Below are positions 9,028 through 20,665 of a stretch of DNA of 42,430 nucleotides, one piece after another. The first letter of the stretch is position 1. Each line of letters opens with the position of its first letter. This stretch comes from Actinomycetota bacterium. Lineage in GTDB: Bacteria > Actinomycetota > Actinomycetes > Actinomycetales > Microbacteriaceae. The translations under genes were made by a program, and so were the position numbers. The stretch covers positions 1-42,430 of the forward strand of contig JBEEJV010000047.1 of the NCBI GenBank assembly GCA_041169005.1. Direction: 5' to 3'. The notes beneath the pieces were generated by a model. That model saw nothing but the letters and a program-made list of their open reading frames with translations, ran no database searches and was not told the origin of the DNA.

Positions 9028-10464
9028 ATGGCAAAGTTCGCAGCAGCGGAGCGCGCCACTCCCCTCCAAGACGCACGCATGGGCGGCCTGGAACAAACCA
9101 AGGAAATGCTGGAAAAGGCAGCCAGGGAAAACCTTTTCCTTCACTTCACCCAACACAAACCACTACTCGAAGATGAGTTCCCAATCATCGTCAAAGCTGA
9201 CGGTCATCATTTTTGGGACATCAACGGCAAGCGTTATCTAGACGGCATCTCAAGCCTGTTCTCCGTAAACGCAGGCCACGGACGTCCGGAACTTGCCGAT
9301 GCCGCACATCGTCAAATGCAACAGCTGGATTACTTCCCAATTTGGTCGCACGCTCACCCGACAGCAATCGAACTGAGCGAAAGAATCCTTTCCTATGCAC
9401 CGAAAAACCTAACCCGCGTGTTCTTCACGTCGGGTGGTGGCGAAGGCAATGAGACTGCATGGAAGCTTGCGAAGCAGTACTTCAAACTAAAGGGCAAACC
9501 CCTGAAGCACAAGGTTCTAACCCACAGCGTTGCTTATCACGGAACCAGCCACGGCGCACTGTCGCTGACCGGCATTCCATCGATGAAGAAGGCGTTTGAA
9601 CCACTCGTACCTTCTACCTTCCGAGTTCCGAACACCAACTGGTACCGTTCGCAGGATCAGTTCGAAACTGAGGAAGAGTTTGCTCAGTGGGCAGCCGACC
9701 GCGTCGAAGAAATGATTCTCTTCGAGGACCCGGACACCGTTGCAGCGTTCTTCCTCGAACCGGTTCAGAACTCAGGCGGTTGCTTCACAGCGCCCAATTC
9801 ATACTTCAAACGAGTCCGCGAGATTTGCGATAAGTACGACGTATTGATTGTGGCCGATGAAACCATCGATGGTTTCGGCCGTTGTGGTGCCATGTTCGCA
9901 TCCAACCGATACGAGTTCGAACCAGACATGTTGGTCTGCGCAAAGGGGTTGACGAGCGCATACGCTCCGCTCGGTGCCCTGTTGATGGCGGAAAAACTGT
10001 TTGAACCATTTGCAAATGGCGCGTTGTTCCCTCATGGCTATACCTACGGTGGACACCCGGTTTCTTGTGCGGTTGCCTTGGCTAACCTCGACATCTTCGA
10101 CAAGGAAGACTTGGTTGGAAATGTTCAGCGCAACGAGGCGGCATTCAAGGCCACTCTCGACAAACTAAAGGATCTTCCAATCGTTGGTGACATTCGCGGC
10201 GTTGGTTACTTCTGGGCGATTGAGCTCGTGAAGAACCGTGAAACCAAGGAGACTTTCACCGACGAGGAATGCGACATTTTGCTTCGTGGCATCCTCAGCC
10301 GCCGAATGTTCGAAGAGGGCCTCTACTGCCGCTCCGACGACCGAGGCGACCCTGTTGTGCAGCTCGCGCCTCCGTTGACCATCGGTCAGGCCGAGTTCGA
10401 TGAGATTGAGCGAATCTTGCGCAAGTGCCTCATAGAAGCACAGCAACACATGCACATGAATTAG
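9028..10464 (+). CDS. Class III omega-aminotransferase, probable putrescine aminotransferase (SpuC-like)
   Basis: FFTSGGGE, AYHGT, EPVQNSGG, VADETIDGFGR, CAKGLTSAY, HGYTYGGHP; start ATG 9028 or GTG 9019. Confidence 0.8.
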   Translation: MAKFAAAERATPLQDARMGGLEQTKEMLEKAARENLFLHFTQHKPLLEDEFPIIVKADGHHFWDINGKRYLDGISSLFSVNAGHGRPELADAAHRQMQQLDYFPIWSHAHPTAIELSERILSYAPKNLTRVFFTSGGGEGNETAWKLAKQYFKLKGKPLKHKVLTHSVAYHGTSHGALSLTGIPSMKKAFEPLVPSTFRVPNTNWYRSQDQFETEEEFAQWAADRVEEMILFEDPDTVAAFFLEPVQNSGGCFTAPNSYFKRVREICDKYDVLIVADETIDGFGRCGAMFASNRYEFEPDMLVCAKGLTSAYAPLGALLMAEKLFEPFANGALFPHGYTYGGHPVSCAVALANLDIFDKEDLVGNVQRNEAAFKATLDKLKDLPIVGDIRGVGYFWAIELVKNRETKETFTDEECDILLRGILSRRMFEEGLYCRSDDRGDPVVQLAPPLTIGQAEFDEIERILRKCLIEAQQHMHMN

Positions 10465-10508
10465 TAGTTCAGCATTATTCCGTAACGGATAGTGCAGGTT
10501 CTGCACCG

Positions 10509-10551
10509 CTAAACCAAACCCCTGGCCCAAACGGTCGGGGGTTTGGTTTAG
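10509..10551. terminator. Intrinsic terminator hairpin after the aminotransferase
   Basis: CTAAACCAAACCCCTGGCC-caaac-GGTCGGGGGTTTGGTTTAG. Confidence 0.8.
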
Positions 10552-10554
10552 CCT
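10549..10554 (+). promoter_or_regulatory. -10 box TAGCCT, 6 nt upstream of the ogt ATG (leaderless)
   Basis: TAGCCT-gagtaa-ATG. Confidence 0.6.
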
Positions 10555-10560
10555 GAGTAA

Positions 10561-11049
10561 ATGCTAGAAAAACTAGATTTCGATTCCTCAGGAAGTATCG
10601 CTTCGCCAATCGGAGCAGTAAATGTTTACGCTAAGGGTGACGCAGTCGTGTTTCTAACGATGTCCGGAGCGGTCGCACCCACGATCGGTTCTTCATCCGC
10701 AGTTGACAGCGCACTTAGTCAGCTTGGAGAGTACTTCGCCGGCAAACGAACGGTGCTCGATTTCAAAGTACGCCCCTCAGGTACTTCATTTCAGGAAGCG
10801 GTCTGGGCAGAAATTGCAAAGATTCCATTTGGCCAGACGGTGAGCTATGCGGATATTGCACGAGCGATAGGAAAGCCGCTCGCATCGCGCGCTGTGGGCG
10901 GTGCTGTTGGGTCAAATCCGGTGCCGCTGGTAATTGGCTGTCATCGGGTGATGGGTGCCAGCGGTCGTATCACCGGTTACAGCGGTGGCGATGGCATTCC
11001 AACAAAGCGCTGGCTGCTCGCTCACGAGAGAATCGCGAGCGTCGACTAA
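10561..11049 (+). CDS. ogt: Methylated-DNA--protein-cysteine S-methyltransferase
   Basis: IPFGQTVSY, RAVGGAVGSNP, active-site IGCHRV (PCHRV variant), K..LL.HE. Confidence 0.9.
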   Translation: MLEKLDFDSSGSIASPIGAVNVYAKGDAVVFLTMSGAVAPTIGSSSAVDSALSQLGEYFAGKRTVLDFKVRPSGTSFQEAVWAEIAKIPFGQTVSYADIARAIGKPLASRAVGGAVGSNPVPLVIGCHRVMGASGRITGYSGGDGIPTKRWLLAHERIASVD

Positions 11050-11642
11050 TGGCCAACGACCAATCAAAGGCACTAACGAAGGTTTTCGGCGACGGAATTG
11101 AGAGGTGCATTTGGCCGCATGGAGACGAACTCTATACGGACTACCATGACCACGAATGGGGTCTACCCCTCGAGGGAGATGATGCAATGTTCGAAAGAAT
11201 TGCCCTCGAAGGTTTTCAGGCTGGGCTCTCTTGGATCACCATTTTGAAGCGACGCGAAGGCTTTCGTCGCGCCTTCCGCGATTTCAAAATGACTGAGGTT
11301 GCCGCAATGACCCAAGCCGATGTAGACGAGCTCATGGTGGATTCGGGCATCATCAGAAATCGTGCGAAGATTGTGGCCACAATAAAGAACGCGAGCCTAG
11401 CCCTCGAGGTTCCAGGCGGAATCAGCAATTTCGTATGGGGCTATGCACCCGAGTCGCGAACCACAGAGACGGCCAGCTTTGAGTGGCGCGCCACCAGCCC
11501 GGAGAGTGACGCTCTCAGCAAAGCTTTGAAGAAAATGGGGTTCGGTTTTGTGGGCTCAACCACCATGTACGCCTTGATGCAGGCGACCGGAATGTTGAAC
11601 GATCACGCGCCGGGATGCTTCCGCCGCGACCAATTGGCTTAG
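11049..11642 (+). CDS. tag: DNA-3-methyladenine glycosylase I
   Basis: RC.W, YHDHEWG, LEGFQAGLSWITIL, IIRNRAKI, FVGSTT, NDH...C; TAATG overlap with ogt. Confidence 0.93.
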   Translation: MANDQSKALTKVFGDGIERCIWPHGDELYTDYHDHEWGLPLEGDDAMFERIALEGFQAGLSWITILKRREGFRRAFRDFKMTEVAAMTQADVDELMVDSGIIRNRAKIVATIKNASLALEVPGGISNFVWGYAPESRTTETASFEWRATSPESDALSKALKKMGFGFVGSTTMYALMQATGMLNDHAPGCFRRDQLA

Positions 11643-12406
11643 CGCTTCGACTTAACAATCTGGTCGGTAACCAGGACTAAGTTTCCGTCTTGCAGGGACA
11701 ACTCCATGCCGAGCTTCTTGGCGATTCCCGCGAGGTCTTCAATGGACTCCGGCGCCTTTTCAGCTCGCAGGACAGCACCGATCAGCAAACCCTTCGCCAA
11801 CTTGTTGAAGTGGTTCAAGGCACGAAGCTTGCCATCGCTCTCGCGGCTCACAACCTCGAGCCAATAACTCTCAATACCTTCGGGGATCGGAGCAAGTTCG
11901 GCATAAGCCTTAGAGCGAAGGTCGATGATTGGAGCCTGAGTCAGTCGAGGCCAAATCGATAGGTGAGCCTCGGCCCACAACTTCTTCAGGTTTGCTTTTG
12001 GAAGATTGGTGCCTGCCGATAGTCGGTAATTCGGTATCAGATCGGTGGACGGGATCAAACCGAAAAGTGCGGTTTGAATGAGTACGGTTTGCTTGGCGCG
12101 CTGCCAGCCTGCCTCGGTCAGCTGAGCCGCCTCAATCGCATCGAAAAGAGTGCCCGTGTAGCGTTCCAAAGCGCGCATGGTCGGCGCGGTTGGGATCTCG
12201 AGGTTAACTTGAATCTCACCAAGCTGCTTTGGAGAGAGCTTCAGAGTGGCCGCCGCCACCTTCGGCTTCTTGCACAGCTTGATCAGCTCTCCAAGAATGT
12301 GTTCTCGCGCCGGATTCAGCGAGCCAAAGGTTAGCGCCGCCTGCTCGATGGTGAGCGAACCACCACCAAGGGACTTGGTTTCGCTCGGCGGCAAAAGAAA
12401 CAGCAT
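11639..12406 (-). CDS. yaaA: YaaA/UPF0246 peroxide-stress DNA-binding protein
   Basis: LLPPSETK, A.ERYTG.LF, YRL, IIDLRS..Y, HFNK.AKG. Confidence 0.85.
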   Translation of the reverse strand: MLFLLPPSETKSLGGGSLTIEQAALTFGSLNPAREHILGELIKLCKKPKVAAATLKLSPKQLGEIQVNLEIPTAPTMRALERYTGTLFDAIEAAQLTEAGWQRAKQTVLIQTALFGLIPSTDLIPNYRLSAGTNLPKANLKKLWAEAHLSIWPRLTQAPIIDLRSKAYAELAPIPEGIESYWLEVVSRESDGKLRALNHFNKLAKGLLIGAVLRAEKAPESIEDLAGIAKKLGMELSLQDGNLVLVTDQIVKSKR

Positions 12407-12412
12407 GTACCA

Positions 12413-12443
12413 AGCCTAGACTCAGCGCACACGCGCTTAGACT
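12413..12443. promoter_or_regulatory. Back-to-back leaderless promoters: TAGGCT (minus, 12413-12418) for yaaA and TAGACT (plus, 12438-12443) for the adenosyltransferase
   Basis: Each hexamer is exactly 6 nt from its ATG in a 43-bp intergenic gap. Confidence 0.7.
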
Positions 12444-12449
12444 AAATGC

Positions 12450-13109
12450 ATGGTCAACTTGACGAAGATTTACACCCGCACCGGCGACGAAGGCATGACC
12501 GGTTTGAGCGACTTTAGCCGCACACGCAAGACCGACCCACGAATCGAGGCATACGCCGATGTTGACGAAGCTAACTCGGCAATCGGCGTTGCTGTTTCCC
12601 TAGCTCGAAACGAGTTCGACGAAGAGACTCTTGCGCTTCTGAGCCAGATTCAGAACGAGCTTTTCGACCTTGGTGCAGACCTATCTAACCCGCTGAACGA
12701 ATACTACGAATACGAGCCACTGCGCGTTGGCAAAGAGTGGATCGATGCCCTCGAAGAGGCTGTCGACCACTACAACAAGGACCTACCAACCCTAGACTCG
12801 TTCATCCTGCCTGGTGGTTCTGGTCTAGCCGCCGGTCTACACCTAGCACGTACAGTGGTTCGTCGTGCTGAGCGCGCAACCTGGCACGCAATCGAGACTT
12901 ACGGCACCGATGAGGCCAAGAAAGGCCACAACGATGGCGGAGTGAACATCCTCGCCGCACGCTACCTAAACCGCCTAAGCGACCTGCTCTTCGTGCTCGC
13001 TCGCTACGCGAACGTAAAGCACGGCGGCGACGTCAAGTGGGTACCGGGTGCAAACCGTCGCGCTACCCCACTGACCCGCTCGGAAGCTAAGGCAAAGCGC
13101 CTCGAGTAA
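12450..13109 (+). CDS. pduO: ATP:cob(I)alamin adenosyltransferase, PduO type
   Basis: KIYTRTGD.G.T, VDEANS.IG, FILPGG, RTVVRRAER, YLNRLSDLLF. Confidence 0.9.
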   Translation: MVNLTKIYTRTGDEGMTGLSDFSRTRKTDPRIEAYADVDEANSAIGVAVSLARNEFDEETLALLSQIQNELFDLGADLSNPLNEYYEYEPLRVGKEWIDALEEAVDHYNKDLPTLDSFILPGGSGLAAGLHLARTVVRRAERATWHAIETYGTDEAKKGHNDGGVNILAARYLNRLSDLLFVLARYANVKHGGDVKWVPGANRRATPLTRSEAKAKRLE

Positions 13110-13135
13110 TAAGCGATACAACTGCCAGACTTAAC

Positions 13136-13168
13136 GCAAAACCCCCGACCGCAGGTCGGGGGTTTTGC
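13136..13168. terminator. Bidirectional terminator between pduO and the atp operon
   Basis: GCAAAACCCCCGACC-gca-GGTCGGGGGTTTTGC, perfect 15-bp stem. Confidence 0.9.
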
Positions 13169-13196
13169 TATTGGGCGAACCCAACTTTGAAACTTT

Positions 13197-13463
13197 TTAG
13201 GCGAGAGCCGCGTGGCGAGCAACAATACGCACCACGTTCTTCTCAACCGAAAGGAAGCCGTCTTCCGCGTTGGCGACAATCTTTTCGCCTTCTGGAAGAG
13301 TGATGCGAACTTCACCCGAAGCCAAGATGGCAAGTAGCGGCTCGTGGTTAGCAAGAATACCGATCTCGCCTTCCACGGTCTTTGCTACAACCTGCTTAGC
13401 CTGGCCAGACCAGACGGCCTTTTCAGCCGAAACTAGGTCTACGCGCATGGTGTTGTCCGACAT
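13197..13463 (-). CDS. atpC: F1 ATP synthase epsilon subunit (short form, N-terminal domain only)
   Basis: V.LVS, GEIGILANHEPL, GFLSV; last gene of the atp operon. Confidence 0.92.
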   Translation of the reverse strand: MSDNTMRVDLVSAEKAVWSGQAKQVVAKTVEGEIGILANHEPLLAILASGEVRITLPEGEKIVANAEDGFLSVEKNVVRIVARHAALA

Positions 13464-13465
13464 GG

Positions 13466-14911
<1,446 letters not shown>

Positions 14912-15814
14912 TTAGTCGTCACTGGCGGTGACCATTGCGTCGGCACCACCAACAATTTCGGAAATCTGCTGGGTAATTTCGGCCTGACGGGCCGCGTTGC
15001 TAAGTCGGGTGTAAGTGTTGATCATCTTGTCGGCGTTGTCGGTCGCGCTCTTCATAGCCTTCTGACGTGCGGCGTGCTCCGAAGCAGCCGACTGCAGCAT
15101 GGCGTTGAACAAGCGAGTCTCAACGTAGACAGGAAGTAGAGCGTCCAGCACCTTGGTAGCGTCTGGCTCGAACTCGTACAGTGGGTAAACCTCTGCCTGA
15201 GTGCCCTCTTCTGCTTCTGCTAGCTCTAGCGGAAGGAGACGAACAACGGTAGGAACCTGCGAAACCATGCTGACGAAGCGGTTGTAGATGAAGTGGATCT
15301 CATCTACACCACCATCGGCGTACTCGGTCTTGAAAGCGCCGACGATTGCGTCTGCGATTTCCTTCGCGGTGTCTACCTGAGGTAGGTCGGTGCCACCAAT
15401 CCAAGTCTGGACTGATGAACGGCGACGGAAGTTGAAGTAGGTAACAGCCTTGCGACCGACTAGGTAGTAAGTAACTTCCTTGCCCTGCGAAGCAAGTAGC
15501 TTCTCAAGAGCTTCGGCTTCCTTGAGCACGCTGCTCGAGAAAGCACCTGCAAGACCACGGTCTGAGGTGAAGATGATTACAGCGGCACGCTGGATGTTGC
15601 TTGGCTCAGTAGTTAGCGGGTGATCTACGTTGCTGTAGGTTGCAACCGCTGAGACCGCGTGAGTTACGGCGTGCGCGTATGGGGCTGAAGCAGCTACACG
15701 CTGCTGGGCCTTGTAAATACGCGAGGCCGAGATCAACTCCATGGCGCGAGTGATCTTCTTGGTCGTCTTAGCAGACTTAATCTTCTGCCTATAGACCCGA
15801 AGTTGCGCTCCCAT
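14912..15814 (-). CDS. atpG: F1 ATP synthase gamma subunit
   Basis: [31 protein letters not shown]. Confidence 0.97.
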   Translation of the reverse strand: MGAQLRVYRQKIKSAKTTKKITRAMELISASRIYKAQQRVAASAPYAHAVTHAVSAVATYSNVDHPLTTEPSNIQRAAVIIFTSDRGLAGAFSSSVLKEAEALEKLLASQGKEVTYYLVGRKAVTYFNFRRRSSVQTWIGGTDLPQVDTAKEIADAIVGAFKTEYADGGVDEIHFIYNRFVSMVSQVPTVVRLLPLELAEAEEGTQAEVYPLYEFEPDATKVLDALLPVYVETRLFNAMLQSAASEHAARQKAMKSATDNADKMINTYTRLSNAARQAEITQQISEIVGGADAMVTASDD

Positions 15815-15860
15815 GTCTCTCCTAGTTCCTTGAAATCCGTTGAGTTAGTCGTAAAGGGGC

Positions 15861-17486
15861 TTACTTGCCCTTGACGATCTTCTCCTGGTTAACTTCCGAT
15901 GCCGGTAGGGCATCGACGTTCACCGATGGAAGCGGAGTTCCCTCGTGAGTAGCAAACGACTTCTTGAAGGTTGCAACTGCTGCAGTTAGAGCTGCCTCAG
16001 TGTCCTTCTCGAGCTTGCTGGTCTCGCGGATGGTGGTTAGGACTTCGCTGTTGCGACGTAGGTAGTCGAGAAGTTCGCGCTCGAAGCGTAGAACGTCCTG
16101 TACTGGAACCTCGTCGAGCTGACCGGTGGTACCGGCCCAAACCGAAACGGTCTGCTCTTCAACTGGGTATGGCGAGTACTGTGGCTGCTTTAGAAGCTCC
16201 ATCAGACGTGCACCACGCTCAAGCTGCTTGCGGCTTGCTGCGTCTAGGTCGCTCGCGAACATTGCGAACGCTTCTAGAGCGCGGTACTGAGCTAGTTCTA
16301 GCTTCAAGGTACCCGAAACGCCCTTGATGCTCTTGAGCTGTGCAGCACCACCAACACGCGAAACCGAGATACCCACGTCGATAGCTGGGCGCTGGTTGCT
16401 GTTGAAGAGGTCGCTCTGAAGGAAGATCTGACCGTCGGTGATCGAAATCACGTTGGTAGGGATGTAAGCCGAAACGTCGTTCGCCTTGGTCTCGATGATT
16501 GGAAGACCAGTCATCGAACCTGCACCGAGCTCGTCGTTTAGCTTTGCACAACGCTCTAGTAGACGCGAGTGTAGGTAGAAGACGTCACCTGGGTAAGCCT
16601 CGCGGCCTGGTGGGCGACGGAGAAGTAGCGATACCGCACGGTAGGCCTCTGCCTGCTTCGATAGGTCATCGAAGATGATGAGGACGTGCTTGCCGCCGTA
16701 CATCCAGTGCTGGCCAATAGCCGAACCGGTGTAAGGAGCTAGGTACTTGAAACCTGCTGAGTCTGATGCAGGAGATGCCACGATGGTGGTGTACTCCATT
16801 GCGCCGGCCTCTTCCAGTGCGCCCTTTACAGCAGCAATGGTCGAACCCTTCTGACCGATAGCAACGTAGATGCAGCGAACCTGCTTGTTTACGTCGCCCG
16901 AAGCCCAGTTGGCCTTCTGGTTGATGATGGTGTCGATCGCGATAGCGGTCTTACCGGTCTGGCGGTCACCGATGATTAGCTGGCGCTGTCCGCGACCAAC
17001 TGGAATCATGGCGTCGATTGCCTTGATACCGGTCTGTAGTGGCTCGTGAACCGACTTACGTGCCATAACGCCAGGAGCCTGAAGCTCTAGTGCGCGGCGA
17101 CCCTCAGCCTTGATCTCGCCAAGACCGTCGATTGGGTTACCAAGTGGGTCGACAACGCGACCTAGGTAGTTGTCGCCAACTGGAACCGAAAGAACTTCAC
17201 CGGTGCGGTGTACTTCCATACCCTCCGAGATGCCCTCGAAGTCACCAAGGATAACTACACCGATCTCGCGCTCGTCGAGGTTCAGTGCTAGACCAAGGGT
17301 GCCATTCGCGAAGCGAAGTAGCTCGTTAGCCATTGCGCTAGGAAGACCCTCAACGTGAGCAATACCGTCACCGGCATCGATTACGTGGCCTACTTCCTGG
17401 GTGGAAGCCGCTGCAGGCTTGTAGGACTCTACGAAGTCCTTAAGCGCGTCGCGAATCTCGTTAGGGCTGATAGTCAAATCTGCCAT
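15861..17486 (-). CDS. atpA: F1 ATP synthase alpha subunit
   Basis: [29 protein letters not shown]. Confidence 0.98.
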   Translation of the reverse strand: MADLTISPNEIRDALKDFVESYKPAAASTQEVGHVIDAGDGIAHVEGLPSAMANELLRFANGTLGLALNLDEREIGVVILGDFEGISEGMEVHRTGEVLSVPVGDNYLGRVVDPLGNPIDGLGEIKAEGRRALELQAPGVMARKSVHEPLQTGIKAIDAMIPVGRGQRQLIIGDRQTGKTAIAIDTIINQKANWASGDVNKQVRCIYVAIGQKGSTIAAVKGALEEAGAMEYTTIVASPASDSAGFKYLAPYTGSAIGQHWMYGGKHVLIIFDDLSKQAEAYRAVSLLLRRPPGREAYPGDVFYLHSRLLERCAKLNDELGAGSMTGLPIIETKANDVSAYIPTNVISITDGQIFLQSDLFNSNQRPAIDVGISVSRVGGAAQLKSIKGVSGTLKLELAQYRALEAFAMFASDLDAASRKQLERGARLMELLKQPQYSPYPVEEQTVSVWAGTTGQLDEVPVQDVLRFERELLDYLRRNSEVLTTIRETSKLEKDTEAALTAAVATFKKSFATHEGTPLPSVNVDALPASEVNQEKIVKGK

Positions 17487-17545
17487 CTCGTTCCTCTACT
17501 TCTGGGCCTCCGCAGAACGGAGGGTCCGGTTGGTCTAATGCTGGC

Positions 17546-18349
17546 TTAGGCCAGCGAAAGCTTTGCTTGGTTCAGGCGGCTTACTAGGCTGCCATCGATG
17601 ATTTCGTCGGCGATCTGAATGCGAACGCCACCGATGATGCTTGGGTCGTGCTCGACGTTTAGCTTTACGCTTGCGCCGTAGGTCTTTGCAAGAGCAGCCT
17701 GCAGACGACCTAGCTGGTCGGCGTTCAGCGACTGAGCAACCTTGACGGTTGCTACTAGACGCTCTGCAACCTGAGCGACGTGCTTACCGAAGTGAGCAAG
17801 TACCACTGAGGTGCGGAACTTCTGCGAACCTGCAACAGCCTGGTTGATGAGAACGGTTGCCTCGGCCGAAGCCTTCGAGCCAACTAGAGCCTTTACCAGG
17901 TTGAGGCGAGCCTCAAGAGTTGCGGTCTTGGATGCAAGAGCGAACTGAAGTTCGCTGTTGTTCTCGATTGCCTGCTGGAAAGCGAAAAGCTCGTTCGACA
18001 GGGTGTCGATGCTGCCGTTCTTAGCTGCGACGCTAGCGGCGGCATAAACACCAAGCTGCTCGATGGCTGAGACTAGGTCTGAGCCCTTCGACCAGCGAAG
18101 TGCAACCAGGCCAGTCACGAATGCGAGAACGTCTGCCGAAATGCTCTTACCGAACACTGCGGTGACCGCACCTGACTTTGCCTTTTCCTCGGCGGAAGGG
18201 TCCGAGAGGAGATTGCGCAGTTGAGCCGAGCCTGCCACTGCACCCGAAACTGTGAACAGTTCCTGGGCTAGTGATAGGTCTGCGTTTGCGAGCAACGGCT
18301 GGAGAGCCGCCTTAGCGCTCGCCAGTGACTGCCTGGTTGAACTTGCCAT
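17546..18349 (-). CDS. atpH: ATP synthase delta subunit (long actinobacterial form)
   Basis: DPSIIGGVRIQIADEIIDGS; operon position. Confidence 0.93.
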   Translation of the reverse strand: MASSTRQSLASAKAALQPLLANADLSLAQELFTVSGAVAGSAQLRNLLSDPSAEEKAKSGAVTAVFGKSISADVLAFVTGLVALRWSKGSDLVSAIEQLGVYAAASVAAKNGSIDTLSNELFAFQQAIENNSELQFALASKTATLEARLNLVKALVGSKASAEATVLINQAVAGSQKFRTSVVLAHFGKHVAQVAERLVATVKVAQSLNADQLGRLQAALAKTYGASVKLNVEHDPSIIGGVRIQIADEIIDGSLVSRLNQAKLSLA

Positions 18350-18363
18350 TAGTACTTTTAGCC

Positions 18364-18903
18364 TTACTTACCTTCGAGGTCGGCCAGGAACTGGTCGACT
18401 ACGCCGGATGCAATCTTGTCGTTCTGAAGGCTGGCGCCAACCACGTTCGATGCAAGATCGATGGCTAGTGAGCCAACTTCTGCACGAAGCGAGATTAGAG
18501 CTGCCTGACGCTCGGCCTCAATCTGAGCCTTTGCGGTGGCGGTGAGACGCGCTGCTTCAGCGGCTGCCTGCTCCTTGAGTTCAGCAAGAATTGCTGCACC
18601 CTCGGCGCGGGCCTGCTCGCGAATCTGCGATGCCTCGGCACGAGCAGTTGCCTGCTCTGCCTCAATGTTTGCGCTCTTGGCAGCTGCCTCAGCCTGGGCC
18701 TTCTCGGCTGCCTCTAGGCGGCCTTCGATGGCTTCGGTGCGGGCATCCAAGTTCTTCTTGAAGTTAGGTAGAACCTTGGTCCAGAAGAACACCAACAGAA
18801 TCGCAAAAACCACCGATGACCAGATCAGGTCGGCAGTTGCCGGGAGCAGCGGGTTGTGTGCCTCGCCCTCCGCCGCAGCTGCGACGATGCTTGAAATCAT
18901 CAT
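18364..18903 (-). CDS. atpF: ATP synthase F0 subunit b
   Basis: HNPLLP, single TM helix, Ala/Glu-rich coiled coil; operon position. Confidence 0.93.
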   Translation of the reverse strand: MMISSIVAAAAEGEAHNPLLPATADLIWSSVVFAILLVFFWTKVLPNFKKNLDARTEAIEGRLEAAEKAQAEAAAKSANIEAEQATARAEASQIREQARAEGAAILAELKEQAAAEAARLTATAKAQIEAERQAALISLRAEVGSLAIDLASNVVGASLQNDKIASGVVDQFLADLEGK

Positions 18904-18925
18904 GATTTAGGAGTTCCTGACTGGA

Positions 18926-20043
<1,118 letters not shown>

Positions 20044-20136
20044 GGGCGTGAACTCCTGTGTCGTAGGCATTGAGATGACCGCGTGGCGGTCTTTCTAAGC
20101 GTGCGGAACCCTCGGCATGCCGTGGGTGTTGCCTCT

Positions 20137-20142
20137 AGTTTA
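20137..20142 (-). promoter_or_regulatory. -10 box TAAACT of the atpB operon
   Basis: Minus strand ctaTAAACTagaggc, about 90 nt upstream of the atpB start. Confidence 0.55.
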
Positions 20143-20242
20143 TAGGGTTAAGCCCTGCCGATTCCTAGGTTTTTTGGCATCCGGACAACTTTTTTTCGAA
20201 CAGCAAGCATCAGATAAATCTGAAACCGCTTCCAGTTCGTTT

Positions 20243-20665
20243 TTAGTTAGGTTCGATTGGAAGTCGAGCCTTCAAAAAGACGTACGAGTCAATGCCAAGT
20301 GAGCCAAGGATGCTGGCAACAAGCGTCAAGAAAAGCGTTGGGCCATTGATGAAATCTGCGTGACGAAGCACACCCACGAGAATCAGGAAAAGCGCAACCT
20401 TAAGAATCCAGCCACCCAGCACTACGCCGAAGAATCCCCCAAGGCTCAGCTTTCCGCCAAGCCAAACGCTTAGTGCTGTCAGCGAGACGAACACCAGTGC
20501 GAGTGTGGCTCCGATTAGCGCACTGGTGAGACCGTTTGCTCCGGCAAGCCACCATCCGAGCGCCGACGCGATAACTGCGATGACACCAATGAGCGCTGCG
20601 CCCCATCCTAGGACGCGACGGAAGAGTTGGCCTGGGCCGAATGTGAAGCTTGCTGGGGTTGGCAT
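20243..20665 (-). CDS. AtpI-like four-TM membrane protein
   Basis: Four hydrophobic segments, W.LK motif; position upstream of atpB. Confidence 0.7.
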   Translation of the reverse strand: MPTPASFTFGPGQLFRRVLGWGAALIGVIAVIASALGWWLAGANGLTSALIGATLALVFVSLTALSVWLGGKLSLGGFFGVVLGGWILKVALFLILVGVLRHADFINGPTLFLTLVASILGSLGIDSYVFLKARLPIEPN

